NCBI GenBank assembly: GCA_951406725.2
Contig: OX597822.1
Location: 87,420,001 to 87,484,000 of the forward strand
DNA: 64,000 nucleotides
Source: Octopus vulgaris
Lineage: Eukaryota
Direction of reading: 5' to 3'
The position numbers were made by a program, and so were the translations under genes. Of this stretch, positions 13,901 through 25,015 are shown piece after piece; the stretch's first letter is position 1, and each line of letters begins with the position of its first letter. The notes beneath the pieces were generated by a model that worked only from the letters and a program-made list of their open reading frames with translations, was not told where the DNA came from and ran no database searches.

Positions 13901-16900
13901 GATGAACTCGGTTTCACTATTTGATGAGTAATTCAATTCTCAAACTACAGGCTGTTCTTTCGTTCATGTAACAAAGCTGATGCTCAAGGACCTAAGGTTG
14001 TCTTTTGTCACATCATGAAATATCTTTTGTAGTCTATGCTGAGGATGCTTATTGATTCACCATAAAGTACAGAGTGTCCCAGAAAGATTTACACACGTTT
14101 ATAACTCTTCCTAAAGCATATCATTTCAGGAAATATTAACATTTTACATAAAGATTTACACATATCTTTTGTTCATGTGTCTATAACAGGTTTGTAAACA
14201 AACATGGCATCTAAAGCAAAACGTGACCAGATTGTCACTTTGAAAACAGCTGCAGTGAATAACAAGGACATAACAAAACAATTGAATGTGCGCTGTAAAA
14301 CAACGTTCAATACCTGGAATTGATATATGGAGTCCACTACTACCTCTAGCAAGCCATTTCTTGGTAGGAAACAAATTCATAGCAAACAAACTGTTGAAAC
14401 TGTAAAGAAGCAAATGAGCTGAAACCTGTGCAGGAGTGCAAGAGAAACTGGAAGAGCTCTTGATATTCCAAAATAGTCAATGCACAGGATTTTTGAAGAG
14501 GATTTAAAGCTTGCTGCATACAAGAAACAATCCTGACAGTTAATTTCAGCAGCTTCCAAGAAGAAATGGCTCAACAGGGGTAAAAACCATATTAGCTGAG
14601 ATGAAGTACACTGCTAACAAAGTGTTGATCTTCAGCGTGGAAGCAGTTACCATCAGGCAGAATGACAGGCTTTATGCACATAATACAGGAGTCTTACCCA
14701 AAGGTAGCAGGAGTTATTTATGCCACAGAGATCAGTTTCGTTCATGGTATGGGCCGTTGTCCCATCTGATGGGTGCAAGTCTCCCTTCATTTGTAGACTA
14801 TGATCATGGCAAAAAGTGGTCATTTTGAAATGTAATTACTGCAATGAATTGACAATTTACATTAGAATGTGTGTGCCAAATTTCATTATCCTACCTTCAG
14901 TTTATTTTGAATAATTAAGAAATATCAATGGGTAAATCTTACTGGAATACCTTGTAATTGCTTTGGAAGCCCGAAATCAAGACAGATGACATGACTAACA
15001 CATTGCATGACTTCATGAGGTAACTTCAATGCAAACATGTATACAAACACATATATGTTATGTTTATGCACAAACAAACATACATATACATTTAAACACA
15101 TGGCAAACATATGTATATTTACACTCACAAAATTTCATTTATTGTTTTTAATTAAAATCAGCAACTCACCTCAAGTGCTTGTCGTAAAAATGTCCTTTTC
15201 TCATTTTTCGCCCAATCAATACACTCATTACATAGTGAAACCTAAGAATACAAAAATTCCAATAACAATATTAAATAGCAAGAATATATCTTACTGCCAA
15301 CACCAACTGGTCCTGAGGATTTTTTGCCAATACAATATCTTTGTAATAACTTCGACAGGTAATGTGGTAACAAATTATTGGTAAACAAAATTTATGATTT
15401 AGATGCAAATTTATGATTTAGACTGTACTGGTTTGGCCATGTAATGCATATGAATGAGGATAGTGGCATCAAGAGGTGCCGATCTCTAATTGTAGAGGGA
15501 ACATGTAGAAAGGGTTGACCCAGGAAGAAGTGGGACAAAGCAGTGAGAAAGGTTCTACAAATGTTGGGGACTAAGGAGATGACAGGGGACTGAGACTCCT
15601 GGCAGTTTGCTGTGCTTGAAAAGACACACCAATCTAAGTAAAAGCATGATTGCCCTTGCAATCCACTCCACCTAAGCATCCCCAATCTTGCAGGCATGTA
15701 AGTGCTGGTGCCACATAAAAGGCAGCCATACTGGTGCTGCGTAAAAGCACCCAGTATATTCTGTAAAGTGGTTGGCATTAGGAAGGGCATCCAGCCTTAG
15801 AAACCATGCCAAAACAGACATGGAACCTGAACAGGCCTTCAGCTCCTCAGATTCTGTCAAACCATCCAACCTATGCCAGCATAGAAAGCAGACATTGATG
15901 ATAAGTACCACTCTGTCAGCACAAAAGGCAGATTGTATGATGTCTGTGTATGTACAGCTATGTTGCATGGCAGTGAAACATGGGCTTTGACTACAGAGAA
16001 CTTGCAAAGGCCTGAAAGAAATGAAGCTAGCATGCTCTGCTGGATGGGTAATGTCAGTGTGTATGCATGACCAAGTGTAAATGATTTAAGAGGAAAACTG
16101 GGTATAAGAGGCATCAGATTTTGTGTGCAAGAGAGAAGACTGTGCAGATTTGGTCATGTGATGCATATAATTGTAGAGGAAGCCCATGGAAGGGGTAGGC
16201 CCAGGAAGACATGGGAACTTGGGCAAGTGTCTTCTACTAAAGCCTGAGGTTCACCTAAGCTTTGTGAGTAGATTTGGTGGACAAAAACTGAAAGAATATG
16301 TGTGTGTGTGTTGACAACCAGCGTTGGTTTGTTTATGTCTCTGTAACTTTACGGTTTGGCAAAAGAGACCAATAGAATAAGTACCAGGCTTATGTTGAAT
16401 GGGGTCGATTCGTTCAACTAAAAATTCTTCAAGGCAGTGCCCCAGCAAGACTGCAGTCTAATGACTGAAACAAGTAAAAGCTATCAACAATTACTAACAT
16501 GAACACAAACTGAAAACATTTTTTAAAAAGATGTACAGTTACTTAGGAAATATGTATTACCTCGTTTCCAGTTCCAGCCTCAAGATCCAGAAAGTGATCA
16601 ACTAAATTTCGTACCAGTTTAGCTGCTTTGGCTTTGCTCACCATTCCAAGGAATGGTCGAGTAACCTTTATCAAGGAAGCAAGCCCTACAATTGAAGATA
16701 TAAAATAATGACAGAAAAAAAATCACTTGAAAATAAGAGAGGCAGAAACATTGTGTATAAAAATTGCTGCTGCTATTGTAGCAATTGTAGTGTTTCTCTG
16801 ATCAAACAGACCTTTGGTCAAAAGCATTCTAACTATAACAAGAGGTACCTACGACTACCTTAACCACTGTGTTGTTTCTTTTAGATAATAGAATATGATT

Positions 16901-19900
16901 TAAAGAGGATTTGGTTGCTGTTTCTGGTAGACAGATAGCATAGAAGTTCCCTTATTGGTTCAGAGTACTATGTATAATATATAAATACTTTGTATATTAG
17001 GATTGATAAAGATTTGAAAATGCATCTCTTTTTACTACTACAAGCATAACAAATATGCAATGCATGTATAATAATACTATTGTTAAAAACAATTGTGTGT
17101 CAAGTTGGGTTTGCATTTGCATCAATAGTCTAAATAACAGAGCGTATATTTTCCCCATGCTGGCATAGAATATAAATCTCAGTGTATATCCTGATTCTTC
17201 ATTATCTAGCCATTGAAGCAAACATTGTTGGATGTAATGAAACTTTATTTTCCTATGCCTCCAAGTTAACTTTCAACATGAAAGCTCTCTCTGTGCTCAG
17301 CTTATGATACTCTAAGCTGAAAGTCAGAGATCTACCCAAGATAAACCAAAAATGTTGACAATTTGATGCCTTGACAACTCGTGCTCATGTTTGTCTGTTT
17401 AAACTGCTACAGTATTTTTATAAACAAAAAAAAAGATTGTGCTCATTTAAATACAGGCTTTATTTATTATGTTTTTTTTTTTTTGCTAAGCTTCAGTGTG
17501 TCACCTCAAATAAAGAAAAACTTTAAAATATACCGTAAACTCTTCACTTCAAATTTAACCCATTTGATACCAACCATGCTAAAACCACCTCTGGCTCTGT
17601 AGTACAAATGTCTTAGTTTCAAAAGTTCTGAATTAAAATCTTCCACCAAACCTTTTAACTAAGTTATTTTATGAAATTATTTGTTATATTTAAAATTAAT
17701 TGTAAGAAACAGAGCATCTTAACAGAAATATGGTAATGAAATGGTTAATGTGTGTCAAACCACCCTACTTTATTAACGTTCTAACTTTATTAACGTTCAA
17801 GCTTTCTTGGGGAGAGTGAAGTGGTAAAGCTAATGCAGACAAGATGCAGCCAGATACTAGCAAAATACTGGAATCATGAAATGACTCCAGTATATTGACA
17901 ATACTTCCTAAGACATAGTTATTAAAACGCTCTCATTTAAATGTCAACATGAAATGCAGCAATACTATACATGATTTTATACAAATATCCATACTCATAA
18001 CAGTAATGTTAAACAATTCTATACTAAATGCAATGATAACTTACCTGAAGCATTCTTCTGTTCTGACAATAAATCTCCCAACTTAGAGATAACTTGTGCT
18101 TTGTATTCAATGTCCTCAGGGTTTGTACCAATATCTTTCTTCACTGGGAAATAAAATTCAGCAAAAAAATATATTGACTCTATATTAGCATATGAAGTTA
18201 TTAATGTTTCTGGAAATCTTTGAAAATTAAAGATAGTCATTAAGTTTAGTACTTCGAGGAAAACTTCCCATTTGAAGAGAGCTGTCCATTAAGTGAGAAT
18301 TCACAAAGAATATAATCTGAACTGAAAGCATTAAAAGAATAAACAGATGTCTTAAGAGATAAATATTTGTAAAGAATATTAGAAACAGTCTCAACAAAGA
18401 GAAGCAGAAATTTTGGGGTAATCAAAAATAACATAAAATTGAAGCAGCATGAGTACAAAAAAATCAGAGGAAATATCCAAGAGAGAGTAAACAAGAAATC
18501 AAAAGAACTCAGAAATGTTACTTGGAAAAAAGGGTCATGAATATTAATTGAGGTTTCAGTAGGATTGCTTGATTTAGGTTTAAATAAGGCATTATCATCA
18601 AATTAATGCAAATTAATTGAACATGTCTCTGGTATTTGCACATTAACAACAAAGTATAGTAACAAAGAAAGAAGACGCAGACAAAGTTTTGCAGGTAAGA
18701 ATTGCATTTCATAAGCACATATTTCTTGGGTTTGATCCCGCTACCTGTCAGATCCTTTTAATTAAAATTTGGTAGATGGGGACTGTATGTGAGCCAAGTT
18801 GTGTGTGTGTGTGATTATATTTCACTAATGTATATTAATGAAGCCTGAGACACCAGTGCATTCCAACTAAAATGTATGATATTGATTCTATTAGTTGCAA
18901 AGACACTCCATTGTTATATGCCATTGACAAAATGGAAAGAGGGGGGCACAATGAGGAGTTTTTACTGCATGACTATGAGAATAAAAGAATAAAAATAGGC
19001 TGCACAAAGTTCAGAGAGCTCTTACCTTTGTAGGCAATCATAACCAATGGCAAAGGTGATGCCTTAGACAGAAATAATTAGAGAGGCATCAAATTGCTGA
19101 ACAGGTGATGAACGACACAAAAAGTGTCATAGTTCAATTACTTAGGGAGAGAGTGTAGAGGAGATGCAGTTTGGATTTGTGCCAGGAAAAATAAACCCCT
19201 ATAACTGGCTTTTGTCAACATGGAAAAAGCCTTTGACTATGTCCCACCACTCCCTAATCTGGTGGTCAATGCGGAAGCTAGGGATAGATGAGAGGTTGGT
19301 GAGAAATATACAAGTCATGTACAGGGATGCAATCTGTGAGGTGAAGATTGGCAATGAGTATAGCAATGAATTCAGGGTGCAAATAAGGGTTCACCAAAGA
19401 TCAGTCCTTGGACCCCTCTTATTCATCATAGTCCTCCAGGGAATAACAGAGGAATTTAAGATGGGCTGCCCCTGGGAGCTCCTCTATGCTGACGACCATG
19501 TTCTTATAGCTGAATCACTACAAGAACTAGAGAAGAAATTTCAGACATAGAGGCAAGGTCTAGAATCAAAGGCCCTTTGAGTTAATCTAGCAAAAACCAA
19601 AGTCATAGTCAGTTAAAGAGAAGAGATTATTGAAATTAGACATTACTCATTTTACCCCATCTTAGACTTTTTTTTTGAAACTTGAAAATGATCAAATTAG
19701 ACATTAGTGGGGGGGGGGGCGAATTGACTTGGAAATCCAACAGAGAAAATAATATTGATTGATAAACATAAAAAATTACCCAGATATTTTATAAGCAACC
19801 TCAATTACAATCGGTTCAAAGTAGGAAACATTTCTTGAAAAAAAAAAAAAAAAAAAAAAAGTACCAGTCACCTGTTTCTGACTCTCAACTTCAGCAACAA

Positions 19901-21533
19901 CTATGCTGACCAATTTTTACTAAAGCTGACGCAATACTTGTAATGTAATTATCCCAAACAGATAGGGAGAAAATAACGAGAAATCAGATTACTCGTTTTA
20001 CCCCGGTTACTAATTTTGCTACCATCACCATCAAATAGTTTTAGTGATGTAGGAAACCATAACTGCTCCGGTACTCTGTATGACTCAGTAAACTAGAGTT
20101 TATCACTGACCGCCTAATATCATTTCCTTATAAGAATCTCTGGGTCAGCATCCTTATCAAAATTCTCCTTAACTTCATATTAAAATACCCTTTCAAAGCT
20201 TTGAATTCTATGCCCAAGAATTGCAGTCTAACGTGAATGAGTTTTCGAGTCATGACATGAAGACTGGTGCATTTCCTAACCCTTTATCTCCAAGATCCTT
20301 TTCTTTTTCTCAAAAGTTAGTCATCAACATAGGAATAAATAAAATCCTCAATTCAAACAAGCGAGTTAGCCTCTCGACCAGAAAGAAATAGCAGCCAAAT
20401 CTTCCTCTAGCCACACCTCTTCAGTGAATAAAAAATAACAAATAAAATTAAAGGACTGTTTTATTAATCGCGAGGGAAAAGAAAAAAAACATCAGAAAAA
20501 AATCTGTACGAGGGTAAACTAAAAATACGTACACCCGGTGGTTAGGGTTAGGCTTTTTGTTACGCCGAAAACGGGTGGTGTATGTATTCTTTACCTCCGC
20601 CTAAAAATGATACGTTTGGCTAACAGAGTCGGAATGATTAAAACTAGAATAATTTTCATATTAAATGTACATCGGTGGTTCCCAACCTGTGGTCCGCAAA
20701 GGTAGTACTGGGGCTCTGTAAACTAAATTCAAAATTTCACATAAGGACAAGCATATTAAAAGGGGTATGTGAGAAAACTCATTTAAATAAAAGGGGTCTT
20801 TGGTAGTGGAAATGTTGGGAACCACTGGTTTACAAGTTTAGCGCAGATCTAGAGTTAAATACTAACAACAAAGTTTTAGTTCATCACAGTTTAATAAAAT
20901 TAGGAAAATAAGTTTGATTAAAGTTTGGACAGGCGATACTTTGCATCCATGAACAGAATTTAGAGAGTTTCAATTGAATTAAGGAAAATATTGCGTGATC
21001 CCAAATAATATGAGGGCGAGTGAGAAGTGAGGAATCACATTCTCTTTCGATAATTTACATACAAAGATCCAATTTACATGCAAGTAATCCAAGGAACTGG
21101 AATTTTATCTATAAATGTAATAATGAATTACATTTTTAAAAATGCATTTGATTTGAAATAATAAAAAAAAAAACGTTATAAATTAATAAACAAGAAATAG
21201 CGGTGAAACTTTCTATCAGGGATATGTTTGATATATATATATATATATATATATAATACAATCATAAATAATCATTTCTCTAGAAAGAAGTGAATTAAAA
21301 ACAAAGGGATAAAAACCGGTAAATTTGTGTCTCGAGTCACGACACAAACAATGACTGCTCCCATGTGAGTCAGCAATAATTAAAATTATCAATTTGTACA
21401 AGTGCCAATACTAATATAACAAATATAATTACTTACAAACATTTGTCAACAATTCTATAGATTCTTCTTTGTTTGTTTTCTCGGATTTAACAGCTTTATC
21501 AAAAACAGACTTTATATTATTTGTCAGCTCCAT
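200..21533 (-). CDS. PSMD11: 26S proteasome non-ATPase regulatory subunit 11 (Rpn6), spliced gene, 3' end outside window; complement(join(200..251,2309..2344,4047..4172,6308..6431,8501..8645,9430..9512,11654..11765,12928..12985,15170..15241,16561..16685,18045..18143,21437..21533))
   Basis: 12 GT-AG exons with consistent phases (1129 nt) translate to an open Rpn6 sequence including [72 protein letters not shown] and [21 protein letters not shown]. Confidence 0.96.
576..1649 (+). mobile_element. Degenerate mariner (Tc1/mariner) element
   Basis: TIRs GGTGGTATCAAAACGTTCC / GGAACTTTTTGATACCATC; transposase relics [23 protein letters not shown] and [20 protein letters not shown] (YSPDLAP-like). 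Confidence 0.85.
793..1019. mobile_element. TTAA-flanked (piggyBac-type) MITE nested in the mariner
   Basis: TTAA at both ends with CC../..GGG termini; removing it restores the transposase frame; second family copy at 32414-32610. Confidence 0.75.
2050..2292 (+). mobile_element. RTE-associated 3' tail repeat ending in (GAT)n
   Basis: Motif TTAGGAAGGGCATCCAGC...CCAACCCA...GATGATG, shared with many copies in the window and with the 3' ends of the RTE LINEs. Confidence 0.75.
2309..2344 (-). CDS. PSMD11: PSMD11 exon 11 ([12 protein letters not shown])
   Basis: CAG acceptor after a pyrimidine tract, GTCAGT donor, 36 nt, phase 0-0. Confidence 0.9.
4047..4172 (-). CDS. PSMD11: PSMD11 exon 10 ([42 protein letters not shown]), PCI domain
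   Basis: CAG acceptor, GTATGT donor, 126 nt. Confidence 0.96.
6308..6431 (-). CDS. PSMD11: PSMD11 exon 9 ([41 protein letters not shown])
   Basis: TAG acceptor, GTGAGG donor, 124 nt. Confidence 0.96.
7085..7410 (-). mobile_element. RTE-clade LINE fragment
   Basis: Reverse complement matches the RTE copy at about 29970-30340. Confidence 0.7.
7741..7803. repeat. About 29-bp stem hairpin between two (TA)n tracts
   Basis: TATCTATAAAATAAT(AT)GTTACATTACACGA-cta-TCGTGTAATGTAACATTATTTTATAGATA. Confidence 0.85.
8222..8410 (-). mobile_element. tRNA-derived SINE, family A (MESC/Meta-like core GCCTTTCATCCTTTCGGGGTCGAT)
   Basis: More than 10 copies in the window (e.g. 22853-23072, 26035-26208, 44150-44545, 53974-54190, 56488-56630). 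Confidence 0.75.
8501..8645 (-). CDS. PSMD11: PSMD11 exon 8 ([47 protein letters not shown])
   Basis: CAG acceptor, GTAAGT donor, 145 nt. Confidence 0.97.
8853..9270 (-). mobile_element. RTE-associated 3' tail with internal tandem subrepeats
   Basis: (CAT)n end plus four GGTGCTTTTACGTGCCA-type units. Confidence 0.75.
9430..9512 (-). CDS. PSMD11: PSMD11 exon 7 ([27 protein letters not shown])
   Basis: AAG acceptor after a pyrimidine tract, GTAAGT donor, 83 nt; visible in ORF 9368..9571. Confidence 0.95.
9621..9842. mobile_element. Putative MITE
   Basis: Imperfect TIRs GATATATA(n)TGGAGGCAGAGTTTT / AAAACTCCACCTCCAT(n)GTATATC. Confidence 0.5.
10950..11460 (-). mobile_element. Penelope-like element reverse transcriptase relic
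   Basis: Translations [30 protein letters not shown] and KFILFH.NFYPSV..LLKVLAL resemble the PLE RT motifs EIG.ISK.ILD and FI.FDI..FYPSI. Confidence 0.6.
11654..11765 (-). CDS. PSMD11: PSMD11 exon 6 ([36 protein letters not shown])
   Basis: CAG acceptor, GTAAAT donor, 112 nt. Confidence 0.96.
12928..12985 (-). CDS. PSMD11: PSMD11 exon 5 ([19 protein letters not shown])
   Basis: TAG acceptor, GTAAGT donor, 58 nt. Confidence 0.95.
14070..14800 (+). mobile_element. Truncated Tc1/mariner-superfamily transposon
   Basis: TA-CAGAGTGTCCCAG terminus; HTH relic ([23 protein letters not shown]) and QNDR motif. Confidence 0.6.
15170..15241 (-). CDS. PSMD11: PSMD11 exon 4 ([24 protein letters not shown])
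   Basis: TAG acceptor, GTGAGT donor, 72 nt. Confidence 0.96.
15420..16220 (+). mobile_element. Two RTE LINE 3' fragments with a tail repeat
   Basis: W.GHV.. and RGRPRKTW-type C-terminal motifs; homologous to about 30350-30790. Confidence 0.75.
16561..16685 (-). CDS. PSMD11: PSMD11 exon 3 ([41 protein letters not shown])
   Basis: TAG acceptor, GTAATA donor, 125 nt; Rpn6 motif [10 protein letters not shown]. Confidence 0.96.
17555..17748. mobile_element. TTAA-flanked MITE
   Basis: TTAACCCATTTGATACCA ... TGGTAATGAAATGGTTAA inverted termini. Confidence 0.65.
18045..18143 (-). CDS. PSMD11: PSMD11 exon 2 ([32 protein letters not shown])
   Basis: CAG acceptor, GTAAGT donor, 99 nt, phase 1-1. Confidence 0.9.
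18995..19612 (+). mobile_element. RTE-clade LINE RT fragment
   Basis: ORF 19164..19550: [26 protein letters not shown]. Confidence 0.88.
19617..20010. repeat. Unclassified ~400-bp dispersed repeat (second copy about 62212-62622)
   Basis: Colinear similarity: AGAGAAGAGATTATTG, ATCAAATTAGAYATTAGTG, ATCCAACAG, CTCAATTACAA, GCAATACTTG, ATTACTC.TTTT.CCCC. Confidence 0.7.
20673..20827. mobile_element. hAT (Charlie-like) MITE
   Basis: TIRs C(G/A)GTGGTTCCCAAC; degenerate 8-bp TSD ATGTACAT / GTTTACAA. Confidence 0.75.
21365..21375 (+). promoter_or_regulatory. Antioxidant response / CNC-sMaf element GTGAGTCAGCA in PSMD11 intron 1
   Basis: Perfect RTGASTCAGCA consensus with AT-rich flank (ATAATT), about 60 bp from the exon 1 donor. 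Confidence 0.55.
21437..21533 (-). CDS. PSMD11: PSMD11 exon 1 ([32 protein letters not shown])
   Basis: ATG at 21533-21531; GTAAGT donor; 97 nt, phase 1 matches exon 2; aligns loosely to the Rpn6 N-terminus. Confidence 0.85.
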
Positions 21534-21976
21534 ACTTTTACATGAAAAGAGTGCGAGCGCTTTGAAACGGTGTCGTATTTTTCACGTCCTCGATTAATTT
21601 AGCGTACAAAGGCCAACAACTGTGGCTGGAATCTGGTTCGGCTTTTTAACATGTTTATTTTTATATACCAAAGTAAAACAAAGCAAAAACCAAAACATAC
21701 ACACATTTTTCTATATTTATTTCATTTTCAGAATTTACATATCTCCATAGTGTGGCTGGTTTTGCTGTAAAATTTTTTGGCATTTCGCACGTCGTTGCTC
21801 TTTTCACAGCTATTTCAAGATTTCCCGAAAGCATTTCAACGTAGAATAGATAATCACCATAGAAAAATCTATTGCTTATGATTCCTAAATATATTGTCGC
21901 ATGCTATTTCATAAATGTTACTTTCGATAAAATCCTTAAAATTCAATGTGTATGTGCGTGTGTGTAATGATTTCAC

Positions 21977-22734
21977 GGCAAATTTCTATATTAACACCCG
22001 CACGATTTTCACTAAGAAAAAAAAAAAAAAAAAAACTCGGATTTTTTGCGTGGAATCAAGTACCCTGAACTCCTAATATGCTATCCCTTATTTTGGTTCG
22101 GAAAGGGGTGGGGCGAAGGGGGTCTCCCTCGTTCGCGGAATCATTGGAAATTTTTTTTTTCGTTGAATGAATTCCTGTGATATCATTAATATGCTACAAA
22201 ACCCTTTTGGGGGTCCGAAAAACGGGGTGGGGTGAGGTGGAAGCCTCAGAAATTTCACCCCCACCCCATTGATCTTTTCATCCGCACGAAAAAAAGTGGG
22301 GTGACCGCCCCACCTTTTTTTCCGAACCAAAATAAGGGATTTGCAGCATATTAGGATGTCAGGATACTTGATTCCACGCCAAAAAATCCGTTTTTTTTTT
22401 TCCTTAGTGAAGATCGTGCGAGTGAAAAGATCAATGGGGGTGAAGGTGAACTTTCCGAGGCTTCCACCTCACCCCACCCCGATTTTCGGACCCCAAAAAG
22501 AGTTTTGTGGCATATTAGGAGGTCACAGGAATTCATTCAACGAAAAAAAAAATTTCCAATGATTCTGGGATGGGGGCGGGGTCCCCCCCCCCCCCCTCGC
22601 ACTCCCTTTTTCCAAACCAAAATAAAGAATTAGCAGCATATCAGGAGGTCAGGGTACTTGATACCATGCAAAAAATCTGAGTTTTTTTTTTTTTTTTAAT
22701 GAAAATCGTGCAGGTGTAAATACAGAAATTTACC
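21977..22734. mobile_element. Non-autonomous foldback DNA transposon, Merlin-like
   Basis: About 310-bp inverted arms; termini GG(C/T)AAATTTC; perfect 8-bp TSD GATTTCAC at 21969-21976 and 22735-22742. Confidence 0.8.
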
Positions 22735-23479
22735 GATTTCACTTAGACATAGCGATACTAATAACCCGGTGTTAGAACTCACTCTATTGGGTGGACCGAA
22801 AGTCTTGTCACCCTCTACCGAAGAGTAATAAGAATAACAGAAGAACAATATAATAATCTTTTCTACTCTAGGAAAAATGTCTGAAATTTTGGGGGGAGGG
22901 GGCCAGTCGATTAGATTGACCCCAGTATGCAACTGGTACTTTATTTATTGACCCTGAAAGGATGAAAGGCAAAGTCAATGTTGGCGGAATTTGAACTCTG
23001 AACATAACGGCAGACGAAATACCGCTAAGCATTTCACCCAGCATGCTAACGTTTCTGCCAGCTCGCCGCCTTAGGAACAATACAATAATATCAAACACAT
23101 TCAACTGGTTTTAGTATACTCACTTTGATTGACACTGACACTGTTACACATTGAGAAGGTTTGTATGAGCACCAACAGCTTCATAAGATATCACACAGGA
23201 CATGGCACCACATCCTTTTGTGCTATGAAAATGGTGTTCATACAGACCTTCTTGATGTGTGACAGTGTCAGTGTCAATCAAAGTGAATATACTAAAACCA
23301 GTATATGTGTTTGATATTATTATATCATTCTTATTACTTTTCAGTAGGGAGTGACAAGACTTTTGGACCATCCTCTACATGAGCTTCAGAATTAGTTGGT
23401 TTTTTTTAATTTTAATGAAATTTAAATTTATTTACATGTAGATAAAACACAGAACACAATTGAGAAAATTAAAAGAAAA

Positions 23480-24640
23480 AAAAAACCCAAAACAATTCAC
23501 CACCTTGCATTGAAAAATTGGGAGCACAAGGAAACCTCTCTAATGCCTACTGAGACACGCCAGCACACTTGCAGCATTGCCGCGGGTGATGGCGAGGCTG
23601 ATGCGCTGGAACAGCCAAGCGCCCTCACAAGTCTCACCAGTTACCTCTGCAATGCAAGTTGCCAATGAAGACAGGAATCTCAGTTAGTGGTCCAACCCCA
23701 CCAAACATCTTGAGCGCTGCAGGATGGAAAATGTAGTTGGCCGACAGATCGTGGTATTTCAGGATTTTGTTCTGCTCGGCCACAGAAGTTGTGGATCTCA
23801 CCCTGACTGCAGCATCCTGGATGTGAGAAGAAGCAAAGGAGTTGCTAACTGTGACATCCCAGACAAGGCATATGCCTTGTGGCCAGAGGCACAGGGTGAG
23901 GCTGTCAGGTCTCTTCCCTTCACATCTGGACAATCCAGATGGTTCCAAGATGGAAGGGATGTTTGCCTGGGCCAAGCTCCTCTTAAGTATCAGGTTCAAC
24001 TCCGTATGACGCGTGAAGCAACCAGCATTCAGGCGGCAAGAAAGACCATGGAGACCTGTGGAGTCAAGGAGCCTGCCACAACAACAGATCAAACCCATGC
24101 ATATGTCAGCTCCTATTCTGAGGGCAATGGGGACACGAAGTTCGTCCAAGCTGAGTAGACCACCAACATTAGCCAGATGGATGTCATCAACCCAGTCAAC
24201 TGAGTATTTGGCACTAGCAGACAGTAAGCAGCACCTTGAAAACTGGTCCGACTGGATGAAGAGGGAGTCGAAGGTGGCCTTCGGAATGATGTTATCCCAA
24301 GCTCTCTGACTCCGACAGCCCTCCACCTTCTCAGGGACAGACAAGCCCAATTCCCTCCAATGCTGGAGAGCTTCATCTGACTCCCTGTTGGAACTGGTAC
24401 ATGTTGGAGAGGAGAGGATGTTGCTCACCAGGGTGGAGCAGGAGGTGTGGGTGGAGGAAAGGAAACTGGGGAGAGAGAGGGACGAATACTTATGGAGATC
24501 AAGACCTCCAAATTGTTTGGGCAATGCAGCCTGATTGCAGAATGTTGGAGAGAGTCTGACATTGACTAAGCATTGGAGTCTCTCAAAGATTAGGTTGTCG
24601 AAGCGTTGGAGGCACGAGTGGAATTGGTAACATCAGCTGA
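23480..24640 (-). mobile_element. CRE-clade non-LTR retrotransposon, 3' part (thumb, CCHC finger, restriction-like endonuclease)
   Basis: ORF 23634..24524: PKQFGGL, CCCG...HGLSC, RHTELN, EPSGL..GKRPD.LT..W..G..LVWDVTV; frameshifted end WLFQRISLAITRGNAASVL. Confidence 0.85.
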
Positions 24641-25015
24641 CTCAGAGTAAATATAGAAGTATGAAAAAAGTGTTAGTTGAGTTCTAAACATAATATGAAA
24701 TTAAATAAATGACAAGAAAACAGGAATTAAGAAATCACCCTCATTAGCTTACTGTTGTTTCCGCTATAAGACGCAGTGCACTTATAGCTTCCAAAATGAA
24801 GTGGGAAAGCATTTACATTCATGGAAAACATCCCTGCCAAAAATATAAAAAAAGGTGATGCACATGCACTTATCTCTGAGTCAACTGTATATAAGCTAAT
24901 AAAGCTGATTACTTATATATATATAGTTAATCCAAATAAGAAAGCACAAAAAAACACAACAATGCGAGGACATGGAACAAATATAGTATTATTGGACGCT
25001 CAGGAAAGAAGGAGG

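Noticed and set aside
20548-20562. GGTTAGGGTTAGG as an interstitial telomere
   Set aside because: Only about two units, inside a short inverted-repeat element (about 20511-20602); too short to be meaningful.
23634-24524. 296-aa ORF as a host gene
   Set aside because: Motifs are those of a CRE-clade retrotransposon; it starts at TTG, is truncated and is frameshifted at the C-terminus.
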